A stretch of DNA of 64,000 nt. It comes from Marinicella sp. GTDB taxonomy: Bacteria > Pseudomonadota > Gammaproteobacteria > Xanthomonadales > Marinicellaceae. The notes under the pieces were generated by a model. That model saw nothing but the letters and a program-made list of their open reading frames with translations. It was not told where the DNA came from and ran no database searches. The translations under genes were made by a program, and so were the position numbers. The stretch's first letter is position 1; every line of letters begins with the position of its first letter. Where the stretch lies: positions 3,008,001-3,072,000 of the forward strand of contig OZ246001.1 of assembly GCA_965230295.1 (NCBI GenBank), read 5' to 3'. This document shows, piece after piece, positions 31,332 through 39,547 of this stretch.

Positions 31332-31460
31332 CATAGCTTTTCCTGAAGAATTGATACCACCTGAGTTTGTAATAGGTGTGCCAATAATCAGATCATCAAT
31401 AACATCACCATTGACATCACAGGCATGGCTAGCAAATCTACCAATATAGTCCTCTGCTTT
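31332..31460 (-). pseudogene. Isolated FG-GAP repeat remnant
   Basis: Translates as ..IGRFASHACDVNGDVIDDLIIGTPITNSGGINSSGKAM.. with no intact gene around it. Confidence 0.65.
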
Positions 31461-31949
31461 GTACCGATCTAATTTTGACAGATATATGATTGTGCTAAAT
31501 TAAACAAAAACTAATTGGTAACCTAAGGTTAAAGTCGCAAAACGACCTGTTTTTTTAATATTCATTTGTATTTTTTGGCGAATCACCTATCGATATTAAT
31601 TGTAGATAAGAGAATTTATTGTTTCCTTACTTAAATATCAGTTGAGCTTTAATTATGCTCAACACTGCAAAATATACATGATGAAATTATGATTTATTCC
31701 TGACATTACCTGTATTTCGTCAAAACCTTATGGGCCAATAACCGTTTGCTTTATAGTGTGCTTCATTATGTTTAAATTGGAGGGTGGCTACTGATACCTG
31801 TTTTCGGTGAACCACATACTAATTTAAGGAAAAATATAGTTATTAGACATAGAGCCTGATAACTTAGATTGTTTGGTTGTATATTTAAAAATCCAAAGAT
31901 TCAAGCATACGAATATGATCCCATTACGAAAGTCTTCGATTTTATCAAT

Positions 31950-31977
31950 ATCAGATAATAATCAGGGCAAAATAAGG
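31950..31977 (+). promoter_or_regulatory. 11-bp-period box followed by the conserved leader hairpin (32014-32060)
   Basis: ATCAGA 31950, ATCAGG 31961, ATAAGG 31972; TAATAT -10 at 31998-32003. Confidence 0.75.
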
Positions 31978-32113
31978 TTTTATATTGGTAGGGATCATAA
32001 TATTTCACCTAATGAAAACATGGGTGTTATTACGAATTCTGAATGATTCCTCATGTATTTCTTTAGTGCTGTTTATGCATACAGTTAATTAATATATCGT
32101 ATAGAGGTGAATA

Positions 32114-32620
32114 ATGTTAAAACTTTTTAAGAAAACCAAACCAGTCGAAATTCAAGAAAACCAAAAGGATTTTACTGCTCCAGGAACAAGCATCAAATTT
32201 TCTCCAAGTTTAATCAATAAACTTGAAGATGATCATAAAACGCTCTTAAGTATTTTTACTCAAATTCAAGACGCATACAAAGCGAGAAAATACAAATTGG
32301 TCCAAGTAAAACTTAAGCATTTTAAGATGAACTTGATGGATCATTTATTGGTTGAAAATTTGAAGCTTTATGTATATTTAAGTCATTGTTTGGTTAATGA
32401 CGATGTCAATTCTCAATTGGTCAGAGAGTTTCGTACTGAAATGGATGGGATTGCTAAAGCTGTAATGACGTTTGTAAAAAAATATGAAACCATCGGCGTT
32501 AATAAAGAATTGGCACATTATTTTGAAAGAGACTTAGAAAAAATAGGAATTGCATTGGTTGAAAGAATCATGAGAGAAGAGAAAACACTCTATCCGTTAT
32601 ACATTCCTGGTAATTACTGA
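32114..32620 (+). CDS. Hemerythrin-like (HHE) domain protein
   Basis: LEDDHKTLL, DHLLVENLKLYVYL, RIMREEKTLYPLY; RBS GAGGTGA. Confidence 0.8.
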   Translation: MLKLFKKTKPVEIQENQKDFTAPGTSIKFSPSLINKLEDDHKTLLSIFTQIQDAYKARKYKLVQVKLKHFKMNLMDHLLVENLKLYVYLSHCLVNDDVNSQLVREFRTEMDGIAKAVMTFVKKYETIGVNKELAHYFERDLEKIGIALVERIMREEKTLYPLYIPGNY

Positions 32621-32698
32621 TCCTTTATTTATGAAAATCAAGTAACAAGTGGTAGGTCTGTAGTAAAGAAGTGATTAATAAAATTTCAACAAGCAGGC

Positions 32699-33196
32699 TT
32701 ACCCCACTTTTTCCCTGTTGTTTAGTAATGCTATTAGTTGGTTTGCAAACTCTTCTCCTTTATCAATTTTAATTGACTCAAGTTCAAGAAACTTGTCATT
32801 ACCCAATTGTAATGTTAATCGATCTGCAAATTTTCCAGGTAAGAAAGTTACCCCATTAATATCAAGCAATCGGATTTGACCAATTATTCTTTTTGTCCTT
32901 CCAGTGAATGCAGACCTTGCCCATACTAATATTCTCTTGTTACATAATCCAAAAACCATTTGTTGAGCAAGCACAATTTGATTGCTGTCTTCTTTTGTTT
33001 GTTCACTTTTGAGGTTATCTGCTCCAATTAATAAACCTGAAAGATCATTAGTTTTTTTGTGTGTTGACAAACCAACCCGTAATGCTGGTTTTTTAAGGTT
33101 TACCCTTAGACCAATTAATAGTTCTTCATCTGTTAACAGGTATTCATCAATTAATCTATTTAGTTTAATAGTGATCTCATTCATTACAATTTTCAT
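32699..33196 (-). CDS. Hypothetical protein
   Basis: 165-aa ORF, protein-like alpha/beta pattern, no SD; start abuts the terminator of candidate sRNA B. Confidence 0.6.
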   Translation of the reverse strand: MKIVMNEITIKLNRLIDEYLLTDEELLIGLRVNLKKPALRVGLSTHKKTNDLSGLLIGADNLKSEQTKEDSNQIVLAQQMVFGLCNKRILVWARSAFTGRTKRIIGQIRLLDINGVTFLPGKFADRLTLQLGNDKFLELESIKIDKGEEFANQLIALLNNREKVG

Positions 33197-33202
33197 GAAA
33201 AG

Positions 33203-33298
33203 AGGAAAAGGCTCGTTAGGAAAACAACAAAGTTGAACTAGGGGGAACGAGCCTCTTCATTTTGAACTCACATTTAGTGTGTGATAATTGAGTTCATT
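33203..33298 (-). ncRNA. Candidate sRNA B or attenuating leader (two hairpins, UUCCCCC)
   Basis: Minus strand: TGAACTCA-loop-TGAGTTCA, then AGGCTCGTT-CCCCCTAG..TTCCT-AACGAGCCT-TTT. Confidence 0.55.
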
Positions 33299-33328
33299 TC
33301 CAACAATACTCTAATTATGAAGTTTTTC

Positions 33329-33356
33329 CCTTATATAAATCTGATGAATTTCTGAT
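33329..33356 (-). promoter_or_regulatory. 11-bp-period box embedded in a 19-bp-arm palindrome (33323-33372)
   Basis: CCTTAT 33329, TCTGAT 33340, TCTGAT 33351. Confidence 0.7.
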
Positions 33357-33741
33357 TTGTATAAGGGAAAAAATATTAAGTGAAACGTTCGAGTTTACCT
33401 AAGGTGCAGAAACTCAAAGGCATATAATTATTTATTTTGAAATTAAAGTTTTCTAATGAGTGCAATTTATAGAATTAAGTAAATAATACCTAAACTTAAC
33501 TCCAAATATTATCATTACTTAAAAGAGGCTAATATAAAAATGAATACTTAACATAAATAAAAGCAATTTAACCGATAAATATCTGCTATGGATCACTATA
33601 TTAATAATAATTTTTAATTAGAACCAACTTTGATTTTCATACCTGACGTTCCTAATATTATTCTGATTATTTAGTATATGATTATAGAAATTAACATTAT
33701 TAAGTGGCTAGATCGAAATCATTAATCTTTCAGTTTTAGTA

Positions 33742-34011
33742 TTACTGGTTGTTAATTTTAGAATTTATGTATTCAATCAATGCAGAAACTTTTAAGTTTG
33801 CTTCAGTCAGCATTATTTTCAATTGTTTATTTTCCTTGTCATAATCTAATTGGTTATTATGCTCATTATTTAGATGGTCTTTAAACTTATACTTCCATTT
33901 TAAAAATGTGCTTTGTGCAATGTCATTTTTCTGACATATGTCATATACAGATTTTCCATTTTGATTTAACTTTAACAATTTAATTCTGTCTTCATCAGTA
34001 AATCTTTTCAT
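33742..34011 (-). CDS. Stand-alone IS3 OrfA-like HTH/coiled-coil protein
   Basis: KRFTDEDRIKLL..GKSVYDICQK.DIAQSTFLKWK.K..ENKQLKIML resembles IS3 OrfA. No OrfB or terminal IRs seen. Confidence 0.7.
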   Translation of the reverse strand: MKRFTDEDRIKLLKLNQNGKSVYDICQKNDIAQSTFLKWKYKFKDHLNNEHNNQLDYDKENKQLKIMLTEANLKVSALIEYINSKINNQ

Positions 34012-34019
34012 AATGCAAA

Positions 34020-34232
34020 CTACCTTATAACATTTAGTTCAATTGGTTTGAAACCAATGGCTTTGAGTTTATTTATTGGTATGATTATTGATATGGTTGG
34101 GTAATTTAGAACTAAGGTTCCACCAGATACCCGAAATTTAACACTCTCTATCATTTCTCCCGATTTCAAATATGCAACCAAATGTTTATTGGAATCAGAT
34201 TTAAACATATTGAGTAAAACAGCACTCACCAT
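34020..34232 (-). CDS. Small Hfq/Sm-like fold protein (paralogue 2)
   Basis: LLNMF..HLVAYLKSGEMI..TLVL..IIIPINKLKAIG; Sm1/Sm2-like pattern. Confidence 0.5.
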   Translation of the reverse strand: MVSAVLLNMFKSDSNKHLVAYLKSGEMIESVKFRVSGGTLVLNYPTISIIIPINKLKAIGFKPIELNVIR

Positions 34233-34288
34233 TTACATTTCTTCTATATCTTGAGTCGCTTTATTATGAGAACATGGTATAAAAAAAA

Positions 34289-34316
34289 CCTGATCAAAAC
34301 CCAATATTAGCCGGAT
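34289..34316 (-). promoter_or_regulatory. 11-bp-period box
   Basis: CCTGAT 34289, CCCAAT 34300, CCGGAT 34311; CATAAT -10 at 34263-34268. Confidence 0.7.
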
Positions 34317-34352
34317 TATTTTCTATTCATGAAAATTACTTTTTTTAAAGTG

Positions 34353-34391
34353 ATCAGGAAATAATCAAAATTAAATCAAACATTAATCAGG
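34353..34391 (+). promoter_or_regulatory. 11-bp-period box (4 units), divergent from the 34289 box
   Basis: ATCAGG 34353, ATCAAA 34364, ATCAAA 34375, ATCAGG 34386; GAAAAT at 34412-34417. Confidence 0.7.
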
Positions 34392-34444
34392 TAAAAGAAA
34401 TGTACAAATATGAAAATTCAATTTTAAAAATAATATTTACGTCA

Positions 34445-34630
34445 ATGAGTAACTTAATTTTCAAATATGTAACAGGTAGAGATGGGGTTAAACTTTATTT
34501 GTCCAACGGTAGCGTCTTAAAATGCTACATCAGTAGTGTATCAAAACACTACATTTCTGTCAGTTCTTCATCTGGGAATTCTGATGTGATGTTGTCAAAC
34601 ATCAGTGCCATTGGTTTGGAGCCTAGATAA
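34445..34630 (+). CDS. Small Hfq/Sm-like fold protein (paralogue 3)
   Basis: DGVKLYLSNGSVLKCYISSVSKHYISV..SDVMLSNISAIG is the closest of the four to Hfq [35 protein letters not shown]. ATG 34445 chosen from promoter spacing. Confidence 0.6.
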   Translation: MSNLIFKYVTGRDGVKLYLSNGSVLKCYISSVSKHYISVSSSSGNSDVMLSNISAIGLEPR

Positions 34631-34733
34631 ATATATATTTACACTTTTGGGCCCTCTATTCAATTTTGATCAGCTATTTACCCTAGTGAGGGCTCAGGGG
34701 TGTTTTTAAAGATTTTTTTACAGGTCATAAATA

Positions 34734-34793
34734 ATCAGAGTTTAGTCAGAAAAGACACAGCATTAAATCATGATTTGATCAGGCTTAATCAGA
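34734..34793 (+). promoter_or_regulatory. Extended 11-bp-period box
   Basis: ATCAGA 34734, GTCAGA 34745, CACAGC 34756, ATCATG 34767, ATCAGG 34778; TAGACT -10 at 34804-34809. Confidence 0.7.
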
Positions 34794-34847
34794 CTGAACA
34801 TCATAGACTGGAATTAAATTATATACACAATAAATTAGAGGTGAATT

Positions 34848-35531
34848 ATGAATACCAGGTCTAAATCAGATAATTATGCAGATATGCAATTAGAGTTTTA
34901 CCATCAACCTATTGTTGACGAAATAGGATCCAAACATGATTGGGTTGAGCTACTGGCCCGACCCAAAGTTAATCAGATGCCTATAGGGTTAGATGTGTTC
35001 TTTGGTGCCATGTCTGACAATGAGAAAGTTGATTTTGATATCATGGTTATTAATCGACTTCCACATGTCCAAAAAGAAACTCAATACAAAAGAATCAGTG
35101 TTAATATTTCTCCCTTGAGCATAACAGATCCTTTTTTTATTGAAGTCATTAATCGGCACTTCAACAATCGAACCATAGATTTTTCACGTATTTGTCTAGA
35201 GATTGTAGAAACTGATAAGTTACAAAAGTTAAACAAAAAGAGTATTCAACTGATCAAGCAACTTCGAAAATCAGGTGCTTGGATTGCCCTAGATGATTTT
35301 GGTACATGACACGCCCACTGGGAGCTTTTGCACCATGATTTAGTGGATGTGATTAAAGTAGTTAATGTAAATGTAAATAAATCTGTCAGTTCAATTGATT
35401 TGATTGCATCATTTTCATCATTTGCTCAATCAAATGGTTTTATAACCGTCTTAGAAGGGATTGAAACTGACCAGGATTTAAATCAGGGTATAGAGCAGGG
35501 GTTTAACCATTTTCAAGGCCATTTATTTTGA
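34848..35531 (+). pseudogene. EAL-domain protein interrupted by an in-frame TGA
   Basis: HQPIVD, ELLAR, ISVNISP, LEIVE, ALDDFGT*(35307-35309)HAHW..DVIK..VLEGIET..FQGHLF, all in one frame. Confidence 0.85.
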
Positions 35532-36524
35532 AATTTTGAAAAAGAATATCTATTTACCGTGTTTGGGTATAAAAACTTTAATACTGATTAGCCGAGACCT
35601 GTTTCAAGGTTTTTATAGCTATTAACAATACAAAGTAGAATGTCCAAAAATCGGGCTTTTTCCTCAGTACATGTTCAATGTACTGATTCTACTTAGAACA
35701 TTCCCCGAATCCTATTTCTATATCAGACATATTCCCACTGAATTCATGGCCAGAATTGGCGGGTTAAATTCATCAAAATACCATTTGTATAAAACTATTT
35801 TGCTGAAAAGATTTGTTATCTCATAGCCAATTAAAGAATAATTTATGGATATATTTGTTTATATACTTTTTATTTAAAACATTAATTGAGAAAGGATTGA
35901 TTGAAAAGAACACTTGGTGTGTATCTAATTAATAAAATTATGATTTCATCGGTTAATACCCCAAATATTCAAGGGCTAATACTAGTAAAAGTACGGCAAT
36001 CCAAGTTGCCTGGAGCGTAAAGAACTGAATCGTTGTTTCTAGTCACAAATATTATTGTTTATTATTTTTGAACTCCAGTGGTTCAAGAAGTGATCTCGAC
36101 AGCATAAATACTGGCTCCGTTCATCATATTGGCAATGACCCGTATATTATCGTCTTTCATACCTGCAAATAGCATGGCTTCTTGGAATGTTATCAGCTAA
36201 TATATGAAGTAATTTCAATTTATTTGAGTTTAACTGAACCCATACTATGCCATTGAAAGGTCATAAATATTGCAATCCTTGCCACAAAGCTATTGACTAT
36301 CCATGCGAATGATTAAATCTTGTTAACATATTTCTCTTTCACAATATTTTTTACTAGAGTCAAATAGAACAATCGGTGAAAGACTCAAAATTATTTTTAA
36401 TTTAAAACAAGGTTTCTGGTTGATAGGGTTCCCTCATTGAGCATACCTGAGAGGTGGAAAATAGGCAGGTAATTTGGTAAGGGCTCAAATCAGACTTGGT
36501 TTCTCATTAGTTCTTTGATTAAAT

Positions 36525-36628
36525 TGAAAAGGCTCGGATGGGTAACGAGGGTGAAAAAGGGGGGAACCACCCGAGCCAGTCCAAAATTGAACCCATAAGT
36601 AGAGAGAGAAAAAACTTATTGGGAACAT
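36525..36628 (-). ncRNA. Candidate sRNA C (two hairpins, CU-rich and UUCCCCCC loops, terminator)
   Basis: Minus strand: CCCA-ATAAGT-TTTTTCTCTCTCT-ACTTAT-GGG, then GGCTCGGGTGG-TTCCCCCCTTTTTCACCCTCGTTAC-CCATCCGAGCC-TTTT. Has its own box and CATAAT promoter. Confidence 0.65.
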
Positions 36629-36659
36629 GATGTATTATGTTGAAGCAGCAAATAATATT

Positions 36660-36687
36660 CCTTATAACCAGCTGATTATTTTCTGAT
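36660..36687 (-). promoter_or_regulatory. 11-bp-period box driving candidate sRNA C
   Basis: CCTTAT 36660, GCTGAT 36671, TCTGAT 36682; CATAAT -10 at 36634-36639. Confidence 0.75.
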
Positions 36688-36695
36688 TTAATTAT

Positions 36696-37103
36696 TTATT
36701 GAATGAATCTAACAAGCATTGTGATACTTAAACCAAAAAGAATGAGACCAAAGACACCTTGATATACCGCCAGTTTATTTCTGATCAGTTCTCCTTTGAT
36801 TAAAGCCTCTTTTGATTTAGAAAATAAGACTGAACCTAATAATAAATTCAAACTCAGTAAAAAACCAACATTCACCATCACTACCACCGTTAATATAGAT
36901 ATCAGGTCAAAAAAACCTTGTGACAGTGCCTTTGCTAACATGATGGCGTTATAAATACCCCAGCATAGTAGAGTCAAGCCAATAAGACCTTGATAAGGAA
37001 CCAGTTTCTCAAAAAACTTTTGACTTGCAGGTTTGATTTTAAGAACCAATGACGCTGCAGCAGTCAATCCACCCAAAATGGAAATTAATATACTAAACAT
37101 CAT
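36696..37103 (-). CDS. Small integral membrane protein (about 4 TM)
   Basis: Hydrophobic segments; internal repeat KLVPYQGLIG / KLAVYQGVFG. Confidence 0.75.
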   Translation of the reverse strand: MMFSILISILGGLTAAASLVLKIKPASQKFFEKLVPYQGLIGLTLLCWGIYNAIMLAKALSQGFFDLISILTVVVMVNVGFLLSLNLLLGSVLFSKSKEALIKGELIRNKLAVYQGVFGLILFGLSITMLVRFIQ

Positions 37104-37110
37104 TTAATTC

Positions 37111-37365
37111 CTATTTGATTGATAGCTTTCCATTTTCAATGACAACCTTGTCAGACCCGCTGGCTTCTATACTCCCTACGCCCTCAACAATGATTTCACA
37201 TGAACTACAGATTTTGCCTTTAACTGTCCCGCCACTGATTGAGGTTGACATAGTAGATGATTCTCCTTTGACCTTAATGTCATATGATTGACTGTCTTTG
37301 TTATGTAAGCTAACTGCTTGTGAACAAGAACTAAAGAATGCCAATGTTAAAACTAAATATTTCAT
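37111..37365 (-). CDS. Small secreted protein
   Basis: MKYLVLTLAFFSSCSQA signal (ATG 37365 after GGAG); CxxC. Confidence 0.75.
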   Translation of the reverse strand: MKYLVLTLAFFSSCSQAVSLHNKDSQSYDIKVKGESSTMSTSISGGTVKGKICSSCEIIVEGVGSIEASGSDKVVIENGKLSIK

Positions 37366-37450
37366 AATATACTCCAAAAAATAAGACAAGATTCGTCCAT
37401 ACGTTGATGGACGTGTTGGGTTTTAGGATACGAACTAAGAAAGTGGTTTA

Positions 37451-37499
37451 CCTTAACAAAACCTACTTTTTTCTGATTTTTTGTTGATCAATGGCTGAA
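37451..37499 (-). promoter_or_regulatory. 11-bp-period box
   Basis: CCTTAA 37451, TCTGAT 37472, GTTGAT 37483, GCTGAA 37494; TATCCT at 37425-37430. Confidence 0.6.
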
Positions 37500-37604
37500 A
37501 CCATAATTTTAGTTTAGAATTGATCAGTTTCTATTGTTCAAGTTTGAACAGAATTACAAAAAAAGATCAATACAGCATTGTATTGGGTTGTCTATTAAAG
37601 TATT

Positions 37605-37732
37605 AAATTTGGATCTACTGGTAAATCAATGGTTAAGTCAGTTGTTGTGTCCTCCCTTGTAGTGATGAATTCAGCTGTGCAGAAGACGGCATCTATACTA
37701 AGCACATCAGGGATAGGGTGGTATATTTCATG
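37605..37732 (-). pseudogene. Remnant 5' end of another DUF285/BspA-like gene
   Basis: MKYTTLSLM.. signal like 39448/42572, joined to DLTIDLPVDPN like 40942; stop and frameshift; decayed box at 37788-37804. Confidence 0.75.
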
Positions 37733-37807
37733 GTTTTCCCTACTGAATTAAAATTAAATAAATGATGGGTCAGGTTTTCGAATAACAACTGGTCTAAACC
37801 TAATTTT

Positions 37808-39448
37808 TTATTGAGTGGATATCAACCCATCAAAACTGTTTTCAAATATTGATTTGATGATGCGAATATTTTTGTCAAACATATTATCCGCAGGATAACC
37901 GTCTACAAGTCCAATTTCTGGAGTAACACTGCCTGAAACGTTGTTCTCATCGCCATCATCGGCCGAAGTTTCGAAATATATGGTGTAAGTCACAACTTCG
38001 CCTGGACCCATCGATGAAATGGTGTCAGTGACATCTCCAGATCCTCCGCCAACTCCTAAACATAAAGGACCGGCATCACAACTCCAAAGTATGTTAGAAG
38101 CAGTGGTGTCTAACATGATTTGAACTTCAATGTTATTTGAAAAGGCAAATCCTGAATTTTGTACCAACACCGTAAGCTGCGCATCATTTCCATCAATTAC
38201 TTGATTACTTGGTAAATGAATTGAAACATCTGGAATACCACAATTCAATCCTCCATGTGTGACAGTCCATCCATATTGATTAATTAAAGTGCTTAGCCCC
38301 GAACCTTGGCAATAAGGTGTGGAAGCAGCACTGAAATTTACATTGTTCATCACATTTTGAGTAGCAAAGTTATTCAGCAAGCTGTCAAAGTTCCTGGTTG
38401 ATAGCCCGGAATTATTGAACATACCAGTCATGTCTTCTACTAAAGGTATTTGCCAACTTGCAAGGTCTGGATTGGCATTTGCTGCCCCATTAAACATGTA
38501 TATCATAGTAGTTACAGATGATACATTCCAATTGCTGACATCAGGGTTGGCAATACCAGCGTTATTAAACATGTAAAACATAACATTTACAGATGACACA
38601 TCCCAATTGCTGACATCGGGGTTGGCAATACTAGCATTATTAAACATGTAGGCCAAATTGGTTACAGATGATACGTCCCAATTGCTGACATCTGGATCAG
38701 CTATAGGAGTACTGTTAAACATATAAGTCATACTGGTCACAGATGACACGTCCCAATTACTTACATCAGGATTGGCAACAACAGCACCTGCAAACATACT
38801 GCTCATATTAGATACTGATGACACATCCCAATCACTCACATTTGGATTGGCAACCATTGCGTTGTTGAACATGGATCTCATATCAGTAACAGATGACACA
38901 TCCCAACTGCTCACATCGGGGTTGGCAACGGCTGCGCCAGCAAACATATGCGACATATTTTTTACAGCTGACACGTCCCACCCACTTACATCGAGGTTAT
39001 TGATTGCACTGTCAGCAAACATATGTGACATATCAGTGACTTGAGATAGATCCGGCACATCTGTGGCAATAAAATCTGTGTTTACCCCACTAAAGGCGCT
39101 ATTCATTGACTTCCATTCAATAGCGCCCCATTGATTTACGCTGGTCAACTGTTCGTTTTGAGCGGCGGCTGAATCAATAAGGTATGTGCTGGGGTAATCG
39201 CCAATGATTCTGATGGTGTGTGTGCCTGCACTTGGAAATGTATACTGAAAAGGTCCTGTTATTCCAGTGAAGTCATACACGCCATCATCATCAATATCCA
39301 CGTCATAATTGTATTGACCTGAATAGTTTGGATCTATGGGTAAATCGATGGTTGGGTATGGAATTGTATTCCATGTGGTGATGAATTCAGCTTGTGCTGA
39401 AGACATCATCCATACAGAAAACATCAGGGATAGGATGGTATATTTCAT
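37808..39448 (-). CDS. DUF285/BspA-like surface repeat protein with DUF11-like C-domain
   Basis: FITTW, QWGAIEWKSM, many PDVSNWDVSSVTNM..MF 25-aa repeats; start MKYT (ATG 39448); tail SIFENSFD. Confidence 0.9.
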   Translation of the reverse strand: MKYTILSLMFSVWMMSSAQAEFITTWNTIPYPTIDLPIDPNYSGQYNYDVDIDDDGVYDFTGITGPFQYTFPSAGTHTIRIIGDYPSTYLIDSAAAQNEQLTSVNQWGAIEWKSMNSAFSGVNTDFIATDVPDLSQVTDMSHMFADSAINNLDVSGWDVSAVKNMSHMFAGAAVANPDVSSWDVSSVTDMRSMFNNAMVANPNVSDWDVSSVSNMSSMFAGAVVANPDVSNWDVSSVTSMTYMFNSTPIADPDVSNWDVSSVTNLAYMFNNASIANPDVSNWDVSSVNVMFYMFNNAGIANPDVSNWNVSSVTTMIYMFNGAANANPDLASWQIPLVEDMTGMFNNSGLSTRNFDSLLNNFATQNVMNNVNFSAASTPYCQGSGLSTLINQYGWTVTHGGLNCGIPDVSIHLPSNQVIDGNDAQLTVLVQNSGFAFSNNIEVQIMLDTTASNILWSCDAGPLCLGVGGGSGDVTDTISSMGPGEVVTYTIYFETSADDGDENNVSGSVTPEIGLVDGYPADNMFDKNIRIIKSIFENSFDGLISTQ

Positions 39449-39502
39449 GGCTTTACCTTCTGTATTAATGGACTTAATTATGGAATCAGTCACAAAAATA
39501 AA

Positions 39503-39530
39503 ACTGATTGAACCCTTATTTTTTGCTGAT
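39503..39530 (-). promoter_or_regulatory. 11-bp-period box
   Basis: ACTGAT 39503, CCTTAT 39514, GCTGAT 39525; CATAAT 39477-39482. Confidence 0.75.
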
Positions 39531-39547
39531 TTTTTATTGGGTGTGGT

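Noticed and set aside
33642-33667. Orphan minus-strand box (CCTGAC, CCTAAT, TCTGAT) that might drive a fifth sRNA
   Set aside because: Spacing is irregular (9 then 11) and no hairpin or ORF is evident downstream.
33742-34011. Active IS3 element
   Set aside because: No OrfB/DDE domain or terminal inverted repeats seen; reported as an orphan HTH gene instead.
35307-35309. Selenocysteine or alternative genetic code explanation for the EAL TGA
   Set aside because: The aligned residue is Gly, not Cys; TGA ends other genes normally here; no SECIS-like hairpin is evident.
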